NCBI RefSeq assembly: GCF_035594765.1
Contig: NW_026943821.1
Span: forward strand, 22,749,791 to 22,813,790
DNA from: Anolis carolinensis
Lineage: Eukaryota
DNA length: 64,000 nucleotides
Direction: 5' to 3'
This document shows positions 54,001-64,000 of this stretch, piece by piece. The notes beneath the pieces are model-generated. The model saw only the letters and a program-made list of their open reading frames with translations, was not told the DNA's origin and did not search any database. A program made the position numbers and the translations under genes. Position 1 is the stretch's first letter. The number at the start of each line of letters is the position of its first letter.

Positions 54001-57000
54001 CTACATGAACCAGCAAAGACATTACCATAATGTCCTTGATTACTAATTTCAAAGCAAAATTCATGTTCCTGGGGGCGCTACTTGGTCTCCTGCCTGTTGC
54101 GTTCACCTACCAGAAGTGATGCCTTCTCCCTGGTTGATCTGAGCGAAAAGAGCCGAGCGGGATGCAGGGTCATCGGAAACGGAGCCGGCGGGGGCTGGAG
54201 CCGGAGGAGGCGGGGGTCCAGGGGGCGGTGGCGGAGGGCCCCCACAGAAAGCGGGAGAAGGGGCTTGAGATCCATTTGCCTTATCGGAGGGCATTGGTCC
54301 CTGAGGGGAAAGAGAGAGAAAATATATATTTAGGGAGGAAAAGCATACTCCGAGAACCAACAAAATCAAGAGCGTTGGGATACCCTGAGGATGGAGGCCC
54401 AGCCTGCACTCACCGTTTTGCTCCAAGACAGGCCCGTGGTGTGATATTCCTTGATGTATGCCTGCAGCTCTGTCCAGATGCTCAGGTAAGCTTTCACCCA
54501 GTCCACATGCTTCTTATCACTAGGAGAAAGAGGAGCCGGGCAGACTCGTTGGTCGAGGCAAGGGAGATATTTGAAACGATGGCTGAAACGGGAGCCCTAG
54601 ACGTCCTACCCGTCCCCCCTCCAGTTTCCAGGTAAAATTTTACAAAAGTTGATTACTCAAGCTTCCCTAAAAAGAAACCCAACATTCCCTCTCTCTGCTT
54701 GCTGTATTCCACTTCTTCCTTTCTCTATGAAACCTCCATTCTGCTCCCATCTATCTATGATGCAGTTCCTAGTATTCCCATTTATTTATTTACTTACTAC
54801 ATTTATATCCCGCTCTTCTCACCCTGGAGGGGACTCAGAGCGGCTTACAAATCAAATGTACATACAATATATTATTAGCATAGCACAATATAAGCATTAA
54901 ATTACTATATTGTACTATATCATTATATGGTAATATTATTAGTAATATTACATTGAATATATATTATATAATTAATATTATTATATTATATTATAAGTAT
55001 AATATTGTATTATATCTTCGCAATACTACATTCTTTGCACCCTCACCCCAGCATTTACTTTACAAAGCGGAACAATATCACTGCTCAGTAGAATTATTCC
55101 TGTATTACTAAACCCAAGGTGGACAAATGGCACTGCAGGCCACGGCAGCCCCACAATGCATTCAGCATCTATTTACAGAGCTTGACTTTCTGTCTCTGGT
55201 AATTGCCGATTCTTTTTACTTCCGACATATTTGAGGCTTGTTCCCATATCCTTCAGCAGTAAAACCTAAGTAACCTTAGAGAACATAGAAAATGCTGGCT
55301 AGGTCTTTATATTGGAAACCGCCCTGAGTCCCTTTCGGGAGAGAGGGCGGTATACAAATAAACTTTTATTTACTACTGTTACTAAGCATCAGAGTAAGTC
55401 ACACCCCTCTGCAGCCCGCCCCATAGATTTGCAGAGTCAAACACAACCTACACGTCTTTGTATTCCTTGAGGACTCGGTTGCTATAGAACATGGCGGCAT
55501 CTGTCATTTCCTTCACGTAGGGGACTGGTTTGGGGGCCTGCAAGAAGAGAATGCACATCAGATTACAAACTCACAGTCTGTTAGCAAAGTCTGGAAGAAG
55601 ATCTCTTGAATTTAAGTTTATGATCATGTTGCAATATAATCTGAAAGTTCCTTAGAAAAGAGCAAGGAAGGTCTTTAGTTCCACCTGAAGCAGGACTGAA
55701 TGAACTGTCAGGAAATTCAAAACATGTTAAAAACACACTGGAATTTGGCTTGGCTTTGCATTATTTTAACTCTCATAATGATCTGCCATCCAGTTGTTAA
55801 TGGACTTACATCAACTCCCATCATCCTTCTCAAAAGTGGTTAAGGGAAGAGCCTAAAATTTTTTGGCGAGTTGAAGTCTGTTGCCTTAAAGAATTGGATG
55901 GTAAAGGAAGTTTTTTGTTTATTGCACTGAATTATACTTCTTGTTTCCTGCAGAAACATGGAGATTTAAAAAGGCTGGGCAATCCTGTCAGTAGATACTA
56001 CTGCATACAGGATGTGTATATCCACAATAGTATCTACCCGTACCCAGTTAGTATATCCACAGAGGGTAAAGGGCAGCTCCATTTAAAGTTCCAACCCATT
56101 TTCAGGACGGACCTCTTTCTCACACATTGCTTTAAAAGTACAGAATTGTCTTGGATGGAAAAGTATCAATAACTTGGATAGGGAAGCGTCCAGGAGCCCT
56201 TACCATGGCAACCCAACCTAGTGCAGGGATGCTCTCCCCAACCGCCGAGAGATGGTTGAAGAGTTTGCTGCCACGGTTCTTCTCACGGAAGTTCTGGACT
56301 ACTTGGATCTGGTCGGATATTGGCTTCAGTAGGGATGAGAAGTTGTTCTGCAAGAGCAAAGGAAGTTCAACAATGCCTGAGTAACCTACACACAAGATTG
56401 TCCCTTGTCCCTCTTCCTTTCATTTTCATTAAATTGTCTACTTAGTATTCATTTGCCCAGCAGTGCACCCATATAATGGAGTTCTAAAGAGGTGACAGCC
56501 ATGTTCATTCAATTGTCTTCTTCCAAGGAGCTAATAATGATATACACAATTCTCTTCCCCAAACCCTCATCTTCTGTTTGTATCAGGATTATGTAGACTG
56601 GGACACAGAAGCCCAAGAATCCATCACAACTCTGTATGAATAATTTTTCCAGGCCAACTTTCCTTCAATCAGGACAGCCAAACAAGAACAGCAACTTTGC
56701 AGAAGCACTTATAATATGGGAGGCATCTTCTAGGAAAAGGAATGTCTTTTACAGCTGGCTCTTGAGCTCCACTGCTGAAATACTAAAGGGTTTTGCGCAC
56801 TTACTGCTGCAGGTTGCTGGCACTGTGATGCGGTCACCAGAAGAGCTCTTTCGGTCATCAAGCCTGCATGGACCATCTCAGCCTTGAAAATGGGAGGCAG
56901 GGAAAGGAAAGGTAAAGCATTATACATGTATTGTATTTCACAAATAGCAAAGGAACAATGTTACATATGACTGGCCCATATCGTATTATCAAAAAACCTC

Positions 57001-58414
57001 TCCAGATATTAACATAAGTAAAAGACAATATATAGTACTGTTTTCACCCAAAGACAGCCACAAGTTCATTGGCTGGTTTTAGGAAAGCCAATATACTCAG
57101 CGCTGTGTGACTTTGAGTTTTTTCAAAAGGTTAGTGAGATTGTGTACCTATGTGAAATCTTTTGAATATTCTCCAATGCTACATAAATGGCTAAGAATGA
57201 TCCGCTCCTGCACAGCTATCAGCTTAAGTTATCCATCACACGGAGACACATTTAAAGAGGTAGAGATAAGGGCTGAATGGGATCAAAGTGACAAAGACTG
57301 GGGCATGTGTCTGAGAAAAAGAAGTACAAGGGTCAGGAGCCTTGTTGTGGAAGGGAAGGCAGGTGCAGGGGCCTCCGAAGTGCTCTTGCAAAACAAATGG
57401 AGAATGTGGTGGGAATGTCATTGAAGCATACCACAAAATTGCATTGCCGACGAACTAGAGAGGCCCACAAACACATCTGAACTGGCAGGATATTGTTTGG
57501 AATACGGTTAAGTGAAACCATGGATATAAATCCACGCATAAGGGGGGTCAAACTGTACTTCCGAGCTTGGAAATATACTCTCCCCATCCTCAAAGTAGTA
57601 TATCCAAGTCATCGTGCCCGTGGCAAGTTCATGTTTCCGCTCTCTCACTACAGTCTCTGGACAAATAAGATTTACAAGATCTTTCAGGCACTGCCAAAAA
57701 ACCTCCCAAACACACATATTAAAAAAAAAAACTTGCAAAATGCATGAATGGAGACTTTTTGGGGAGGAAATAGGCACACAATTCGTTCTTTATTGCAGCA
57801 TCACTGTATTTGTTCCAACTCTTTTGGGGGACGCTAACAGACTCATGTGGCAGTTCTCCAAACTCCAGGGTTTAAGTGCCAGGACTGCATGTTTGGCAAA
57901 AATAGGAATCAGGAAGTCGGAGCCTTACGTGCGTTTGGACATCACCACCAATCTCTTTGCTTATCTTCATGTATTCCGTTACTGGACCTGCCAAAAGCTC
58001 GTCGAAGGCTTGTACATATGCAGCTAGTCCTGCAAGGGGAAGACAGAAAGTAGAGGATGGGATTCCAGAGGTGGCAGATGCATTTGGATGGCAGTAACTG
58101 CAAGAAGTACAGTGATAAAAAGTATATGAACAAGCTGGAACATGTTCAGAGAAATGGTCGAAGTTCTGGAAACCATGAATCCCTATGAGGAGTGGCTTAC
58201 AGAGCTGGGGATGTTTAGCTTGAAGAAGAGATGGTTAAGAAGGGACATGAGAGACATGATTAAATATTCGAAAATACTTCATAATGAATGCAGGGATCTT
58301 ACCTTTCTGGGGGTTATCCCCACAGCCGCCGTGTCCACCGGGACTATAAGACATCATCTCCAAGTGTCCTACTGCTCTCTCCAACCGTTCGACTAAGTTC
58401 TGCAGCTCTGTCAT
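48001..58414 (-). CDS. CAP1: Adenylyl cyclase-associated protein 1, 12 coding exons, 480 aa
   Basis: Exons 58303-58414, 57929-58029, 56805-56882, 56204-56347, 55452-55537, 54414-54519, 54111-54300, 50931-51121, 49613-49736, 49289-49371, 48436-48579 and 48001-48084 (1443 nt). Starts [16 protein letters not shown], has poly-Pro, WH2 ([20 protein letters not shown]) and CARP domains, and ends VTTVTEIAG*. Tail-to-tail with PPT1 as in human. AATAAA on the minus strand at ~46670. Confidence 0.96.
49941..50263. mobile_element. Tc1/mariner-type MITE
   Basis: Same family as 4981-5303, with perfect TIRs and TA flanks. Confidence 0.85.
51926..52407 (+). mobile_element. 5'-truncated R4/Dong-clade LINE 3' end
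   Basis: [42 protein letters not shown], followed by a 3'UTR ending in (CAA)n(TAA)n. Confidence 0.8.
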
Positions 58415-61400
58415 CTCTCAGCACCTGTTAAGTGTGACCACATATTAAAAAGACAGCAAGTGCAACCAATACTCCAACAGACTTAATCTACAGACAATCG
58501 TATAATAATCAAAAAGTAAGGTGATGATTGAAATGAGAGTGGATGACCGAAACCAGGACTATTTACAGATTCTTGACTGTATTTTGGCAAGAGCTTTCTG
58601 CTACAAAAAAAATGATCCCAGCCAGAAAGCAAATGTATACCACGCAACAACAATAAATAAAGGAATTGCTCTGCTTTGTTCACTTTGTGTCATTATTTTG
58701 TTCAGAGCGCCACAAGGAAAATACTGCTGCCAAATGAGTGTTCAGTCTATAAAGGTCCTGATCCCAACATCACAATGGTTTGCATTCTATAAGGATGATG
58801 CACATCCCTGGACAAGTAAACCAGTTTCAGTCATAGCTGCTCTAATAATGACTGTTTCATCTGAGAAACTTATATCAAGTCTGCAAATCATCATCAGCCA
58901 AAGAGGCATAAGCAAATGCTTATTATTTTGGACACGCGGGTCAAGATAATGCTATTTCTAGGGGAACGAGAGCATGATCCCTCTAACTCAGCATCCAACT
59001 TCCATTTGTGGCTGATGTTTAGGAACCTATACTAGAATATGAAAGAAACAGGTCTCCTTTATGGTTTGTCCCTCTATGTTCTTCAGAGTTGTTTATGCCA
59101 CATATCAGAACAACACAGCAGGTTAATGTAACTACAACATTAGCTAACTACCACATCTAGCTCTCTTTCACAGCTAACTGAGTAAGCATCCATCAGTTCA
59201 TGGTAGTGATTCCCAAACATTTATTATACATCCTGTAAAGCAACGTGTCCACTTCTATACTGACTTCTACTAACAAGTGTCTTCTATTCTTCTGCTATAC
59301 AATGGGCAAGCAAATGACAAAGATGACATTGCAAGAGAAAGACAATTTAAACCCCCAAGAATAATAGAGGAGTCTCTCAAGTGCCTTATGCATTGTCATT
59401 ATCCTGCCTCCATATGTCAGAGACTGGCAGCCAATGGCTTAAGGTCTGACACTGGCCATGGACCAGACCTATGAGAAGCACTTCCATAGAGATCATTAAA
59501 ATTTAAATCTAATCCTAGAACAGGGCTGGACTAGCTCCTACTACCTTCACCACTGGCAATGTTGGCTGGTCTGATGGAAATGCAGCCCAACAACATCTGG
59601 AGGGCTATTCCCGCCCAGATCCCTGTCTTCAAATTATTATGACTCCTCCCAGTATTTCTTATGCTTCTCCAGGAACAGCCAAAGAGAGACATTTAACTTA
59701 CCTGAGACCAAATTTTCCAAAAGCAATTGCCATACCAGCTAATTCGCTCAGCCCTGCACAGGCCAAATTCGCATGCCAGTCTTACTACACTTGCCAAGGA
59801 AAAGCAGCTGCCCAAGACGACGGACAATGGCACTCCTGTTCACGCTTTTGCACAGGATCTCGTTTTCCAAGGAATGCCAAAGAACAGATCTCCACACACA
59901 AGTTTTGTTCGCTGCCTCCCTCAGAGGAGCACAAAGCCTGCCCTGAGCCCACTAAAAGGGAAGTCATTTACAGTTCGCCTGCCCCCTCACCACCCTTCGA
60001 GCAAATGCTAGGAGAATGCCAGGAGCCACTGGCCAGCGACTTTCTAATCAGTTAAATCATTTGCACAATGAATCATGGCCCGTCATTTGGAGCATGAATC
60101 ACAACTCCAGGCTGAGAGCAAAACTCCCTTATATTGCCTTGAAAGTCTAAGGCGAAACCAGGAAATGTAAAAGACGTGGAGCCTGAAGAGGAAAAAGGCA
60201 GCATATGGAGCAATGCTTCAGGCTCTCTTGCACCACAGATTCTAGAGGGAAAAAAATTAACTGCACAGCAAAAAAGTCATAGTCTGAGTGTGGGTTGTGC
60301 TTCCCCAGTAATTTAATTTCAAATCAACTCTTACTTACAGTGATCCTATCACCAGGTTTTCTTGGAAACATTTATTCAGAGGTTTGTCACTGCTTTCCTT
60401 TTGAAAGCTGCAAAATTATAGTTTAACGAAGAATACCCATGGGTTGCTATGACTGAGAAGGGTTTGAACCAGAATTCTAGTCCAACATTCAAATCATTGC
60501 ACCATGCAATCCCATTTCAAACATTCAAGCAAATAGTCCAGCAACCACTGGCTCAATAACACAGATGGGGTGAGGTTTAGGGTGATCTGCTCTGACCTGT
60601 CATGTCAGTGGAGCAGCAATGCGTTGGGATGCAAATCCCTACCTCTTATAAGTAGTGCCACATGGCTAAGACCAATGAGGAAAGACCAGTAGAGACGAGA
60701 AAGCATGATAACTTGACTGCAGTTTGCACCAAGAATTTATGTTTCACACAAAATTGAAAGGTAGACAAGCAAAATTACTCCCCACTTTTTTCTGCCACTT
60801 AAGAAGCACCACAAAAGCCAGTAAAGAGACAACCACAACCTGATGCAATGTGCTGCTTCCCCTTATCACATGCCCAGAAATTCAAGAAGAAAAAGACAAC
60901 TTCCTTCCTGGAACAGACACAGCAATTCTTAACTTCTTCTTTGCAGGAAGGTGAGCAGCCTTTGCAGAAAGACTTAACAAACTCAAAGGTGATACTACCT
61001 CATGTCAATAAGCCTTAGCTTCCACATTCTCCTGAGTTGTTCATACAAAAGAGGAAAAGTTGCCCATCAGAGTTGTATGAGTACAAGAATGAAGTACGGA
61101 AAGGCCAAATTATCAACAATTTGAAGGGGAGAATCTTTTCTGAAAGTAAGTAGTCTTCCACACTCACTTGGAAGGCCTGCAGAACACTTGTTCAGAGCAA
61201 GGATTTCCAATCCCAGCCACAAAAATCTTTGCTAGCTCATTTCTACTTGAACGGCCTGAAACATACAACCAATTGCCTTTTAGTTTATTTCTGCCTGTTC
61301 ATATGCTGGACAGCCAAGCACATTGAAGTCACATGGCAAGCTGCTGTTTAAATACTCGCAAACAGCATAAAGGCCATAGTTTCTCATCCTAGCCATCTTT

Positions 61401-64000
61401 CTGCTAGATGGACAAAGGCTTCGTGTCACCCTGAAGACGGCAAGCTATCAAGTAAGACCTTGGTCCACTCACCCAGTCCTTTTCCCTACTTCTTGTCACA
61501 ATACTGCAAGGAACCCAATTCCATGATGACTTAGATAGGTGGTTTTGCAACATTCATTCTCTTAGAATCCAGTTACTCGTGGGAGTGCTGGAAAGACAAA
61601 GGATCAGGTTTTCCTCCCACCTGATTTCCTGTAGTGAGTGAGCAAATAAGGCTTCTAACCCTATCATTTTAGACCGCAAAAGTTTAAAATAGTTATGTGT
61701 GGGCAGGCAGTGCAATAAGAATTTTCTCAAAGGCCGGGGCTGTGTCAAATCTAGAAGCAGAAAGGTTTCCTTGTTTTTGGAAGAGGCTTCAGTGATCTGG
61801 ACTGTTTGCATGCAAGATGGCACAAAAGCACATGTAAACGTGAGCATCAAAGGCAGGGTTAATCCATTCTTGCTTTCAACAAAACATGACAACCAAGATC
61901 CATATCTAGAGATGCAAACTCAGATGCTGATAAAGGCATTTCATATTTACAGGCTCAAGGGGTTTCATATCTACATGTCATGAACTAGTGCAGTAGCTGA
62001 AATTTCTACTCTAAGAATAATCTTATTAAAACATGCAATAAGGGAGAATTTTAGAATCAAGGTGACAATCCTTCATATTCCTCATCACCTTTGTGAATAT
62101 GATGACAACAGAAAGCATACTCCTTTGCTCTGGGTCTTTCCTGTTCTTACTCAAAGTCTCTATGTGCATTTCATCAAACCAATTCCTAAGTGGATTCTGG
62201 TTAATGGAGCAGACCAGAGGTGCCATTCGCCCCTAGTGAGCCCCGCTGCATTCCATATGGGACTGATCGGATTAGAGCCCCATTGCCCTCTGACTTGATT
62301 GAGTTTCAGATACAGGGATTATTTGCAATTTGAAAGCTCAGGCACAGAGCGCCTTCCAACCCCGAGGAATCTGACAAGCTGTTGCAAGCCTGCCTGCAGT
62401 GGAACATGGAGCCTCTTTAGCTGTGAGCTGCTATGGAGATAGTTCCTGAACACCAGGAAGCCCATGCCGGCCTGCAGAATGCCAGACTTCCCTAGTTTCC
62501 TCTCGTGGTTTGACAGAGGCAGTTTGTAACACACGCACACCGACAGAATCAGAGGCCAGTTCTCAGACTATAGCTATGGATAATTAAGAAGGGCCTCCTT
62601 ATGTTTAAAGGACAGTAACAACCAATTTAATGCAAGCACTAGTAGGAAGTCAACCAGCTTGCAAGGGCATAGCCATGCACCCTTATATCTAGTGTCATAG
62701 AACCATGGTTTGCACTCATCCATATCAAGACAACAGATCATGGTTAAGATCTCGAAAGCACAAGGAAATTAGAGTTTAGTTTCATGGCAGCATAGAAAGT
62801 AAACATAGACAGCCATGAGACATGTAAGTCGAGGGCTACAGGAATTACCTTAGCAGTGGTTAAGACATGCCATTTTTTTCAAACACTTCAAGACAATATT
62901 TTTATGCTCATTTGAGGACATTCCCAAATGATGACTTAGGCAAAAAATTCCCCTCTGACAAAAACAATTAAACAAAACAAACCCTGTTAAATATATCTGC
63001 ATACATGCATGGACCAAGTGGTTTGATGTAGAGTTGATCTATTTCATTCTTTCTCAGCAACTTTTCATGTCAGTCCTTTGCTAAGAATTACTTTTCATTT
63101 CTATATCTAGTAACTGCTAAGTGGTTCTCAGATATGGAGTATTCAAACACTTAAATGTTCTTCAAGTACTGATTACAAGAGACAGCAAACAAGATCTTTT
63201 TTAAAAAAAGAACTCAAATTCTGGTACATTTTGTTGCAAAAGCTACTGCAACGTAGACTAGCAATGTCTCAGGAAGGAATTTAAGCGCCACAGGGCAAGG
63301 AGGTGGTCAAACAAGTTGGGGTTTGTTTTGGTATTTTTGGTCATACTGCAACTTTTAGAAGAAATGTTTAATAACATCCAAGTTGTACAGCTAAATCTCT
63401 CAAATACACAACCATGGCACATAAAGAGATGCTCAGAAGTATTTTAGATCTCAAGATCTGACAGGAACTATCACTTTTATCCTAACAGACCAGTGAAACA
63501 AGCTTGGTCCTTCTTTCTCTGGAATAAGCTATCAACACAATACCTAATGGGACCTAAACCCATTAGACTACCCCCCCCCCCCCTTCAGACATAACCCCTT
63601 TGGGGAAGACTATTGTATATACTTTGGTCCAAAAACATAAACTAAAAACATGCTTATTTGATGAAGATGTGACTGGCAGCAAGAAGGAATAATGGAGAAA
63701 CAGGAGAATGGTAAGATGAAACTAAAACTCAGAGGGAGGTGGGATGGGAACATCTGAATGGTATAAGTATTGGTATTACTTGAGCCTTCCTTTTGTCTCT
63801 TCGGTGTGAAAGCCATGTGTTTTACCGGATCTGCAACTGGAGCCAAGATTCAGTATCTAAATGAGACAAACTAGCCTCTCTCATTATAACTTCAATTTGC
63901 TTGAGATGTTCATTCAACACGCTTCTCATCAATGCGCCTCTGGTGCTTTACACTTTAAAAAAGAAAATTCCTTGCTCTCAGGAACTTACAGCCTAAACTT

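Overview
This is vertebrate genomic DNA, most likely an Anolis-type lizard (inferred from Sauria SINEs, Penelope and R4/Dong LINE relics, and Tc1/hAT MITEs). It has one N-gap at 15702-15932. Gene order: ELOA first coding exon (-), a two-coding-exon KLHL31-like kelch gene (+), RPL11 (-), a multi-exon cGAS/Mab-21-fold gene (-), a ~31-copy 70-bp minisatellite, PPT1 (+) and CAP1 (-). Exon models were built by hand from GT-AG boundaries and keep frame. The most notable item is an intact ~528-aa cGAS paralogue between RPL11 and PPT1. It keeps the cGAS intron layout and nucleotide-pocket motifs, but its catalytic triad is changed (E/D/D to E/E/S), its activation loop and Zn-thumb are altered, and it gains a C-terminal hydrophobic tail. 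It is a candidate membrane-anchored pseudo-cGAS. All comparisons with human proteins are from memory and no database search was run.
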